Shown: positions 29,039 to 37,559 of the stretch, one piece after another | Layout: every line of letters starts with the position of its first letter | Position numbering within the stretch: the stretch's first letter is position 1 | The notes under the pieces: model-generated | What the model saw: only the letters and a program-made list of their open reading frames with translations | What the model was told of the DNA's origin: nothing | The model's database searches: none | Program-made: the position numbers and the translations under genes | Origin: a virus | Virus record (IMG/VR): IMGVR_UViG_3300021185_002414 | Strand: one strand, 5' to 3' | DNA length: 64,000 nucleotides

Positions 29039-29740
29039 ATGACAACATCAACACAATTTGTAGCACAACTACAAAAAGATAACGAAGCACTTTTCACAGC
29101 ATCAAAAATGAATGTGAAAGCATATTTTGAGTCAAAAAACAACTCAATGGAAGAGCTAGTAGAGCACTTCACAGGTCGTATGGTAAACGAAAGAATGAAC
29201 ATGGTAGAGATTTCTCGCCAAGTTGCTTCAATGCCAGCAGACGCGGACCCAATTGAACTACAAAACCTATCAAAGCAAGCGCACGATGAGGCAGTTCACT
29301 TCCGTATGGTAAAAGAGTGCATCGAAAAAATCACAGGCGAAACACTAGACGTAGACGCAGCAATCGCAGCAGAGGCCGCAAAGCCACAAGCTAAAGGTGC
29401 TGATCTACTAGAAGCGTACGAAGCATCAAATGATGAAGCAGCTCTAGCTGTATATCAAATCGTTGCTGAAGGACGTGCGGCAGCAGTATGGGCACAAATG
29501 GCAGAATCAATTGAAGACGAATTCATTGCAAAGTCATATGCAAAAATTGCTAAAGACGAGGGTTTCCACTCAACTATTGGTGCAATGAAACTAGAAGCAA
29601 TTGCAACAACACCAGAAGTACAAGCACACGTACTAGACATCGTTGACGGTATGAGAAAAGACCTATACAACGTTTCATGCTTAAACACAGTTAAAGCAGA
29701 AGGTTCAGACGAGCTAGTAAACGAAGCTTACGGTTGGTAA
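29039..29740 (+). CDS. Ferritin-like diiron-carboxylate protein
   Basis: E...DEAVH...E...DEGFH ligand pattern in a four-helix bundle. Confidence 0.8.
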   Translation: MTTSTQFVAQLQKDNEALFTASKMNVKAYFESKNNSMEELVEHFTGRMVNERMNMVEISRQVASMPADADPIELQNLSKQAHDEAVHFRMVKECIEKITGETLDVDAAIAAEAAKPQAKGADLLEAYEASNDEAALAVYQIVAEGRAAAVWAQMAESIEDEFIAKSYAKIAKDEGFHSTIGAMKLEAIATTPEVQAHVLDIVDGMRKDLYNVSCLNTVKAEGSDELVNEAYGW

Positions 29741-29755
29741 GAGAACATATTGTAA

Positions 29756-30313
29756 ATGAATATTGGGTTAACGCAACGCATATTCCATTACAATGATTTT
29801 GCGTATGATTGTTTAGAACATGGTTGGTACAACCTACTAAGCGATCATACGCTTTTTAATATAGCAAACAATCCAGAACAAGATTTTTCTAATATTATCA
29901 AAGATTTAGACATGGTAATCTTTACAGGTGGCGATGCAAGTAGCCCCAGGATAATAACAGAAATAAGACTACTTACTGAGTGTTATAAACAGAAAAAACC
30001 TGTACTAGGAGTTTGCCACGGAGCATTTTTAATTAATCAACTTGAAGAAGGTGTTAATATAGAATGTGAAAATCATTATAAAACGGAACATGAAGTTACA
30101 ATGGATAATAAATCTGTTGTAGTAAACAGCTATCATCAAAATAAAATTTTAAAATTAGCAGAGGGATTTTCGCCTACTGCTATTACAAAAGAAGGTGACA
30201 TTGAAGCATTCAAACATAATATTAATAAAGTATGGGGTATAGTTTGGCATCCTGAGCGAATGGAAAATCCCGTTCTGCCAAACGATCTAGAAAGATTTAT
30301 TAATAACATTTAA
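29756..30313 (+). CDS. Class I glutamine amidotransferase (peptidase C26/PuuD-like)
   Basis: FTGGD, nucleophile elbow GVCHG, VNSYH, WHPE catalytic His-Glu. Confidence 0.9.
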   Translation: MNIGLTQRIFHYNDFAYDCLEHGWYNLLSDHTLFNIANNPEQDFSNIIKDLDMVIFTGGDASSPRIITEIRLLTECYKQKKPVLGVCHGAFLINQLEEGVNIECENHYKTEHEVTMDNKSVVVNSYHQNKILKLAEGFSPTAITKEGDIEAFKHNINKVWGIVWHPERMENPVLPNDLERFINNI

Positions 30314-30334
30314 TTTAAATAATATTAAGATTTA

Positions 30335-30371
30335 GTTAAATAGTAGCATAGGACTTTTAAGTTCTATGCTA
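30335..30371 (+). promoter_or_regulatory. Late promoter motif GTTAAATA plus 11-bp leader hairpin
   Basis: TAAATA at 30337-42; stem 30344-54/30361-71. Confidence 0.5.
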
Positions 30372-30395
30372 TTTCTTTTCATAAGGGAGAATAAA

Positions 30396-31964
30396 ATGAG
30401 TTCAATAGAAGAAAATAATCAAAAAAATGGCTTTAATCAAAAGCGTATAACTAACACACTTTCAAGAAGTAAAGAATTTGAAACTGGACAAGTTAAAAAT
30501 CCAGACATGGTTGCGAATAATACTCCAGCTATGTTTAGTAAAACTTTACAGCATGATGCAACCACATTGCTTCCTGATGCAACAGAAACACAAAAATTAA
30601 AAACAGCAATGGAAAGCGGTTCTAAAGTTGATTTAGAACAAGTTAGCCTTTCCCCTAATGCAACACGTAAACTAGCTAATCCTCTTGGTGCTTTCATTGT
30701 AGAAAGTACAGGACAAGATGCTTACGGTATGACAATGAAAGCATCACCAGCACTTGATAGTGAAGAAGCTGCCGGCGAAATGGTAGAAGTTTGGGAAATG
30801 AATATACAGAGAGATACTTCATTTGATCATCTTAACTTTGGTGCCGCAGATACAGATGCTGATCGTGCAGTAACAAACTTAAATGCGTTTGGTTCTGAAT
30901 ACAAAGGACCTGTAAACGAAAGTAGTAGTACATTAACAAGAGCTGAATTATTCCGTGGCGTGGCGCCTGGTTGTCTTACTGGGCCATATATCTCACAGTT
31001 TTTAATTCATGACTTTCAATTAGGTGCTCATGAGATCGAACAAAAATATAATTACCATACTGGTGTATATGGAATTACAAAAAGTAATTTTAAAGACATT
31101 GCAGACGGAACTGTTCCTGTAGCACAAGCCGCAAATGGTTCTGATCAGTATATATGGAATGGACGTTCACTTGGTACAATTGTACACAGTGATTTTGTTT
31201 ATCAACATTTTTATTATGCAGCATCAATGTTAGCACAAGGTGGCACAAGACACACAGCATTTAGTGATGTAGATCCATCTAATAGCGGTGCATTCTTAAC
31301 ACAAGGTGGGCCAGCATTTGTTGCTCCAGCAGTAGCGGCAGTTTCAGCAAATGCGTTATCAGCGGCATGGGTACAAAAGTGGAGACAACAGTTAAGGCTA
31401 CGACCAGAAACAATGGCTGCACGTGTAGTAACTGGCATTGCAGGAGATAGTCCTGTATATTATGATTCATCATTAACTACAAATGCACAATCAACAATTA
31501 ATGCAGTAAAAGCATTTAACGTAGCAAATGGTGGAGATAATGAACCTTTCTTACCATTATTGTATGCAGAAGGATCACCAACACACCCAGCTTATCCAGC
31601 AGGCCATGCTGTGATCGCAGGTGCATGTGCAACAATACTAAAACTAATGTATGCAGATACAAACTGGTCATCAATGGGTAATTATTCAAGTGTAATGCAT
31701 TCTACAAACGGTACAGCTCGTGTAGCATATACTCGTAGTGACTCTGGAGACTTAACAGTTCATGGAGAACTAAACAAACTAGCGGCAAACATTGCTATTG
31801 GTCGTAATATTGCAGGTGTGCATTATCGTGTAGATGGTGATGAAGGAATGATGTTAGGACAAAAAGTAGCTATACAGTACTTCAAAGATTATATAACACG
31901 TCAAATAGATGCTCGTGGTGATATTACAATTGTTGGATTTGATGGAGTTTCATTCACAGTATAA
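30396..31964 (+). CDS. Vanadium-dependent haloperoxidase (bromoperoxidase type, PAP2 superfamily)
   Basis: Start at ATG 30396 (GGAG RBS), 522 aa. All three vanadate-site motifs present: QKWRQQLRLRPE, EGSPTHPAYPAGHAVIAGAC, GELNKLAANIAIGRNIAGVHY. Confidence 0.88.
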   Translation: MSSIEENNQKNGFNQKRITNTLSRSKEFETGQVKNPDMVANNTPAMFSKTLQHDATTLLPDATETQKLKTAMESGSKVDLEQVSLSPNATRKLANPLGAFIVESTGQDAYGMTMKASPALDSEEAAGEMVEVWEMNIQRDTSFDHLNFGAADTDADRAVTNLNAFGSEYKGPVNESSSTLTRAELFRGVAPGCLTGPYISQFLIHDFQLGAHEIEQKYNYHTGVYGITKSNFKDIADGTVPVAQAANGSDQYIWNGRSLGTIVHSDFVYQHFYYAASMLAQGGTRHTAFSDVDPSNSGAFLTQGGPAFVAPAVAAVSANALSAAWVQKWRQQLRLRPETMAARVVTGIAGDSPVYYDSSLTTNAQSTINAVKAFNVANGGDNEPFLPLLYAEGSPTHPAYPAGHAVIAGACATILKLMYADTNWSSMGNYSSVMHSTNGTARVAYTRSDSGDLTVHGELNKLAANIAIGRNIAGVHYRVDGDEGMMLGQKVAIQYFKDYITRQIDARGDITIVGFDGVSFTV

Positions 31965-32003
31965 AAAAAATTAAAAAAAGGTGAATTAATTTGCCTTTTT
32001 CTC

Positions 32004-32032
32004 TTGACATTTGTGTCTAAAAGTACTATATT
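32004..32032 (+). promoter_or_regulatory. sigma70-type promoter with no protein gene before the next terminator
   Basis: TTGACA-17 nt-TATATT. Confidence 0.8.
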
Positions 32033-32038
32033 ATATAC

Positions 32039-32277
32039 ATAGGTTAGGAGATATCCTAAGTTAGATAGTGCAAGGAATGGCGGTCCGTAGAGGTCGTAAC
32101 TTGGTTCATAGCTGTGGTGGCAATGCAAGAGCGTAGAGATACGAAGTTGTATTTTTAGACGTAACTGTTTAATATGAAGTTCCCTGATTTGAGCGTGGCT
32201 CTACAAAGGGGTTGTTGGTATTCACAGAGTCCAACCTATCACTTTAATAACAGGCTCGCATTATGCGGGCCTTTTTT
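32039..32277 (+). ncRNA. Candidate stand-alone ~200-240 nt non-coding RNA, rod-shaped (6S-like)
   Basis: Predicted TSS 32039 pairs with 32230-39; nested stems 32087-92/32199-204, 32105-10/32173-78, 32135-42/32149-56; own promoter and terminator. Confidence 0.6.
32252..32277 (+). terminator. Intrinsic terminator
   Basis: AGGCTCGCA-TTA-TGCGGGCCT followed by TTTTT. Confidence 0.85.
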
Positions 32278-32347
32278 ATTTATTATATACAACGTAAATT
32301 TTGCTAAATACATATAGAAAAAAAAACTCTTGAAGGATTAGAAAAAA

Positions 32348-32941
32348 ATGGCATCATATATAAAACCTGACGATGGTCGGCTAGTAATTAATAGTACCTT
32401 AAATTTTGCTGATTTAGAAGCTATTGTTGATACAGAATCAGCCTTACTTGTAAAAGGTGGTGCATACATAAACAATGATTTATATATTGGAGGTACACTA
32501 ATTGCAAATGGTGATATTATCACTATTGGTAACACTGGCGGATCTTTAACTTTAAACTCTAATATTTCAAGTGATGTAATTCCAACCACAACAAATAATT
32601 ACAATTTAGGTAGCAATAATAAACAATGGGATAAAATTTACGCTAATAAAATCCTTATGACACAAATTACCTCTAACGCAGGAACAGAAGTGTCTGTAGA
32701 TCATGGAGTTAGCTATATAACAAGCGCAACAAATGTTTCACCTACACTTCCAGATGGAGAATTAGGTCAACTTGTTACGATTGTGGCAACAGAAGCACTT
32801 AACAATCCTGTTACACTTAGCCCTGATAATGGCTTAGGGTATACTACTGTAACTTTTAATAACTTAGGAGATAGTATCTATTTAATGTGGACGCCTAATG
32901 GTTGGGCAATTATATCGCATTTTAGAACAAGTATAACCTAA
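32348..32941 (+). CDS. Putative virion structural protein
   Basis: 197 aa, beta-rich; SSDVIPTTTNNYNLGSNNKQW fibre-type motif; GCTAAATA late motif at 32303-10. Confidence 0.65.
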   Translation: MASYIKPDDGRLVINSTLNFADLEAIVDTESALLVKGGAYINNDLYIGGTLIANGDIITIGNTGGSLTLNSNISSDVIPTTTNNYNLGSNNKQWDKIYANKILMTQITSNAGTEVSVDHGVSYITSATNVSPTLPDGELGQLVTIVATEALNNPVTLSPDNGLGYTTVTFNNLGDSIYLMWTPNGWAIISHFRTSIT

Positions 32942-32952
32942 GGGGACTAAAG

Positions 32953-35900
32953 TTGGCAATTAATATAAACCATAGTATTGGTAAATTAGCTTCTGATGCA
33001 GAGCTAGTTTTAGATGCTGGCACTAACAATAATATAGATGTTTCTGCTAAAATTGTTAAAAATGCACAGGATCCTATAGACCCACAAGACCTCGTCACAA
33101 AAATCTATTTAGAATCTGTAATAGGAGCAGCAACAGGACAAGCAAACCTTTTGCTAGGAACTCCTCCAGATGGATCTTTTGATGATGGGGCATATCAAGA
33201 TTTCAGAGACGACCAAACACTTACAGAAGCAATTGACGATCTTAATGAAGTAATTGAAAATGTAAGAAATAATACATTTGTGAGAAATGTAGATTTCACT
33301 TCAGATATTTTAGTAGGTGGTGCTGGATTAACTTCTACACTTACAATTACATCAGAAGGAAATGCAAATAGATATACTATTGATTGGGGAGACGGATCAG
33401 TAACAAATTCCACTACAGACTCTACCCCTACCCACACCTATGCTGATAATGTAGGTAGTCCTTTTGATGTACACGTGACAGCTTTCAATAATCTTGGTAT
33501 AGGAAGTGGTAGCCAATCAGTAAAATTAAGAGAAAATTATATTACAATCTTTACAGCAGATCCATCAGTAAGTTTTGCTGCATACGACTCTCCAACTGGC
33601 GGCAATGCAATCACTTTTTGGGATGATGGCGATACTGTATACTTTGAAAATACAACTTCAAATACAACCGGCGCTACAATACAATATACATGGACTTGGG
33701 GAGATGGTTCTAGTGACAACGTAATTACAGATGATATTGATGCAGGTGGTGCAGCGGGTGCAAGAATACCGCATACGTTTGCATTAAGTCCAAAACAAGA
33801 AGTATCTAGACAAGTTAGCTTAACATTGGATGTACATAGTACAAGTACTCCTGGACTTATTCCTATTGATGATGATGCAAGTTATAAAATTTATGATACT
33901 CATACTCCAGATACATCTAGTGATATTGTTACTGGTATTAACGAACAGTCAAATAATGGACTAACTGTAACATTTACAAATAATACAGAAAATACAATTG
34001 GTAACCATTCTCAATACGGTATAACGTATAGATGGGATTTTGGAGACGGAACAATACAAACTGTAAATGCAGGCACTAATCAACCTGGCGACACTGGACA
34101 AACAATTACACACAAGTATACTTTGCCAGGAAATAATACAGGAACTGATTTTACAGGAAACTTGCAAGTAATTAGCAATCACACAAATAGTCCATTTACT
34201 AGTAGCAACTTTATAATACATGTTGAACCAGATGTAAGAGCAAACATAAATGGTAGTGCAGATAGCGTGTCAGATCGTAATGGAGATAACCAATATGATA
34301 TATATGATGGTGTTGATTATAATGGGGTAAATCGTGCATTAGCAACAGTTAACAACACAACACAACATGGTGATACATTTGATTGGGATTGGAATGATGG
34401 TAGTGTAAATGATACAACAACAGATTTAAGTAGTGTGTCGCATGATTTCACAGGTGTTGGAGCAGGTAATTATCAACTTGTTATGACTGCAACTGGCACT
34501 CCAGACATTACACAGCAAACAGACACAGATAATTTAACATTTGAAGTAAGAGCTGTACCTGTTGCTCCTACTGGTTTAAGCACAAAAAATATAACACTAA
34601 CTGATCCTCATCAAGGTATAAATCCAAAATTAACATCTGGGTTTACAGATAATAGTGATACTAGTCCATTAAGTGCAGGCGATAGCCTAGAAACAAATAC
34701 TGCAAGACGTTATACTAACGGTACATTAGATACAAGTATAGCTCAAAATGCATACAATGGGTTAAGCGGAACAGTAACAGCAATAGTAAATGGTGTAGCT
34801 GATGGTAGTCAATCATTTACAACAGCATTAAGCGAAAATGGCACATTTGATAGTCTTGTAATTACAGATCAGAGAGATGCAAATGATAGTATCAGTAGTA
34901 GTACGTATCCTACAGGTTTCTATCAAACATTTGACTCTAAAATTACAAAGCCATTTAGTGAATACCCAACTGGTGTTAATGACCAGCGTATAGAACACAG
35001 TGAAACAGGTAATACAAACTATGTAACAGTAGTATGTGATGATCTAACAAATGTACCAGATAATGATATAACAGGTGCATCTATTGTAGAAAATAATGCA
35101 GGAAATTATAGATATATATCAGGTATTCCTTATTATAACTCAGGTAGTCCTAGTTTAACACTTAGCGGTGTAAGTGTAAGTAATTGGATAGGACAAGCAT
35201 ATAGAGATACAAACAATGTATTTGAAATTAGCAATGGTAACAATTTAGAAGGTACTTCTGGAGCAACAATTAGTACGCAATATAAAACTTATACTGATCT
35301 AGAAGACGTGGCTTATTTGACTAATGGCATCCCTAATACAAATACATTAAATTATACATTTGCTGATCAAACTATTGATATAACAAATTCCAATATAGCG
35401 GCTGTAGAAACTCTTAAAGTTAGAACGTTTAATGTAAATGGAACAGGAAACTATAAAGAACTTCAAGAAAAAATACAAGTACATACTTCTAATCCTTTTG
35501 GTATTATAGAAAATAGTATACCTGTAGATGATAGTTTGGGAGATGGAAGTTTAACAAATGATGCATTTAGAATAGCAGACTTTATAAATGCTACTAGCAG
35601 TACTCCTAGTTTTGTTGGTAGTACTGATTTTACACAAAATCCATTTACTGGTGCAATTGCAGTTGCAGGCACAAATGAGGCCACTGTGCGATGGGGAACA
35701 CTTTCGCATGATACAACAGATTATAGCACAGGATATCTACCAGTTGGTCCTGACAGAAGTTCAGATACTGGTACACAATATTTTACATTTGCATTCCAAA
35801 GAAAAGTTGCAGCTAACTTTGGAATACAAATCGCATCTAACGGAATTAGTGGGATGTGGATTGCGGCACCTGGAACACAAATAGACAGCTCTAGTGGTTT

Positions 35901-36162
35901 AAATGGTTGGATCCCTTGTACAGAACAGTACGCTGGCGTTGGTGTTCCAGGAAGCAATACTGCAAATGGCGGTAATGGTATAGATGGAAGCGCATTAACT
36001 GGAAACGATGTAGTACCAACAAATACAAGTATAAACAATACATATATTATGACTTTGGGTAGTGAAAATATGAGTAATGCAACTAATAATATAATCCTTG
36101 TGCGAATAGGATTAGAAAGTAATAAAAATATTACCACACTGGCAGTGAAGGATTTTAACTAA
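32953..36162 (+). CDS. Large virion protein with PKD/Ig-like repeats
   Basis: Repeated Y/F-x-W-x-(W/F)-GDG motifs (IDWGDG, WTWGDG, WDFGDG, WDWNDG); Thr/Asn/Ser-rich. Confidence 0.8.
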   Translation: MAININHSIGKLASDAELVLDAGTNNNIDVSAKIVKNAQDPIDPQDLVTKIYLESVIGAATGQANLLLGTPPDGSFDDGAYQDFRDDQTLTEAIDDLNEVIENVRNNTFVRNVDFTSDILVGGAGLTSTLTITSEGNANRYTIDWGDGSVTNSTTDSTPTHTYADNVGSPFDVHVTAFNNLGIGSGSQSVKLRENYITIFTADPSVSFAAYDSPTGGNAITFWDDGDTVYFENTTSNTTGATIQYTWTWGDGSSDNVITDDIDAGGAAGARIPHTFALSPKQEVSRQVSLTLDVHSTSTPGLIPIDDDASYKIYDTHTPDTSSDIVTGINEQSNNGLTVTFTNNTENTIGNHSQYGITYRWDFGDGTIQTVNAGTNQPGDTGQTITHKYTLPGNNTGTDFTGNLQVISNHTNSPFTSSNFIIHVEPDVRANINGSADSVSDRNGDNQYDIYDGVDYNGVNRALATVNNTTQHGDTFDWDWNDGSVNDTTTDLSSVSHDFTGVGAGNYQLVMTATGTPDITQQTDTDNLTFEVRAVPVAPTGLSTKNITLTDPHQGINPKLTSGFTDNSDTSPLSAGDSLETNTARRYTNGTLDTSIAQNAYNGLSGTVTAIVNGVADGSQSFTTALSENGTFDSLVITDQRDANDSISSSTYPTGFYQTFDSKITKPFSEYPTGVNDQRIEHSETGNTNYVTVVCDDLTNVPDNDITGASIVENNAGNYRYISGIPYYNSGSPSLTLSGVSVSNWIGQAYRDTNNVFEISNGNNLEGTSGATISTQYKTYTDLEDVAYLTNGIPNTNTLNYTFADQTIDITNSNIAAVETLKVRTFNVNGTGNYKELQEKIQVHTSNPFGIIENSIPVDDSLGDGSLTNDAFRIADFINATSSTPSFVGSTDFTQNPFTGAIAVAGTNEATVRWGTLSHDTTDYSTGYLPVGPDRSSDTGTQYFTFAFQRKVAANFGIQIASNGISGMWIAAPGTQIDSSSGLNGWIPCTEQYAGVGVPGSNTANGGNGIDGSALTGNDVVPTNTSINNTYIMTLGSENMSNATNNIILVRIGLESNKNITTLAVKDFN

Positions 36163-37409
36163 TGGCTATCACTGACTCACAAAAGGTAGATTACTTATTT
36201 AAGAAAGTTGGATATGGTGTTACTAAGACTGATACTAATGCCAACAAATTAGCACCTAATGAAAGTATTGCAAGTCCGCTTTTATTACGTGGTGATAAAG
36301 TTTGGGCAGAGGCTGCTGAAATCCCATCAGTAAAGCCATCATCAGACACAAGTGTAGTTAAATTATATACTACAGTGGAGTGTAGTCCTGATATTACAGC
36401 AACACAAAATAGAACTTGGAAAACAAGTATTACAGATTGGATCCCACCTGAATTTGGATCGACATATCTAGTAAGTATTTTTATACATGATAGTAATGAT
36501 CCTGCAGGTGCAGATATTATATCAAACAAAGTATTCGTAACTGGTACTAATAACGAGGACGAATGGTTCTTTGATTATCAATCTGGTGTATTAAACTTTA
36601 TTGGAGAAAATTTACCAAACGGAAAATCTTTTACAGGTAAAAGCGTTTACATAAGCGGCGCAACATATGATGGCAGATTTGGTGTTGGTGATGCAAATGT
36701 AACTCAACAGATTAGTACAGATTTAACACAAGAGATTGCAAACAGGCAAGCAGCAGATACAAATCTTCAAACCCAAATTGATTTTATCACTACTAACACA
36801 GATCCAGCCGCACTTGATTCTCTTACTGAAATCGTAACTGCATTTCAAGATGCGGATAGTGCAGCACAAATTGCAAGTACTGCTGATTTAGCAACATTAG
36901 AAGCTACGTTAAGAAGTGATTTAGCGTTACCAGTAGCAACAGTCTTTCCAGCAGAAACTTTTATTGCAGATGGAACACAAACTTCTTTTACTTTAAGCAA
37001 TACACCAGCAGGCGGCGAATATATAGATGTTTACATAAACGATGTTTTGCAGCGTCCTGATATTTTTAGTATAACAAATAATGTTTTAACATTTACTCTA
37101 ACTCCAGATAATGGAACAGATGTATATGTAAAATACAGATATGCAGATTATGCTACTAATCAATCTATACCAAACAATAGTATTACAAATGCTCATATAA
37201 GTTTTGTTTACAACAGTACCCAATATACAGGAGATGCTACAACTACAGACTATTCAGTGCCTCTGGGCCACACTGTGCATAGTGTTTTGGTGATTGTCAA
37301 TGGCTTAATTTTGCCCCCTACAGATTATAGTATAAGTGGTACGACACTTACTATAACAAATGCTCCTGCAACAAACGCAGTAGTAGATTTTAGATATCTT
37401 CCAATCTAA
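36162..37409 (+). CDS. Virion structural/fibre-associated protein
   Basis: WFFDYQSGVLNF; shares TDPAALDSLTEIVTAFQ and DGTQTSFTL...DVYINDVLQ modules with fibre genes. Confidence 0.7.
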   Translation: MAITDSQKVDYLFKKVGYGVTKTDTNANKLAPNESIASPLLLRGDKVWAEAAEIPSVKPSSDTSVVKLYTTVECSPDITATQNRTWKTSITDWIPPEFGSTYLVSIFIHDSNDPAGADIISNKVFVTGTNNEDEWFFDYQSGVLNFIGENLPNGKSFTGKSVYISGATYDGRFGVGDANVTQQISTDLTQEIANRQAADTNLQTQIDFITTNTDPAALDSLTEIVTAFQDADSAAQIASTADLATLEATLRSDLALPVATVFPAETFIADGTQTSFTLSNTPAGGEYIDVYINDVLQRPDIFSITNNVLTFTLTPDNGTDVYVKYRYADYATNQSIPNNSITNAHISFVYNSTQYTGDATTTDYSVPLGHTVHSVLVIVNGLILPPTDYSISGTTLTITNAPATNAVVDFRYLPI

Positions 37410-37456
37410 ATTTTCAACTTTATAATTATCATACCTTATAATTGCTAGACCAACAC

Positions 37457-37509
37457 TATAAATACCATTGCATTTATTCTACGAGTAATTGTCGAGTAAG
37501 TGCATGGTA
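37457..37509 (+). promoter_or_regulatory. Late promoter TATAAATA followed by a 15-bp leader hairpin
   Basis: Exact consensus at 37457-64; ACCATTGCATTTATTC pairs with GAGTAAGTGCATGGT (G-U pairs, one bulge). Confidence 0.7.
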
Positions 37510-37559
37510 TATAATAGATTATATACTTCTCACAAATATATTTGAATGGAGAATTCTTA

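Noticed and set aside
27903-31964. Host contamination or chimeric assembly as the source of the metabolic island
   Set aside because: Genes carry the same TAAATA promoter motif, RBS style and AT-rich codon usage as flanking phage genes and are bounded by phage structural genes; read mapping should still confirm.
32077-32136. 19-aa ORF MAVRRGRNLVHSCGGNARA inside the candidate RNA
   Set aside because: AAGGA abuts the ATG (spacing too short) and the ORF lies in paired regions; not fully excluded.
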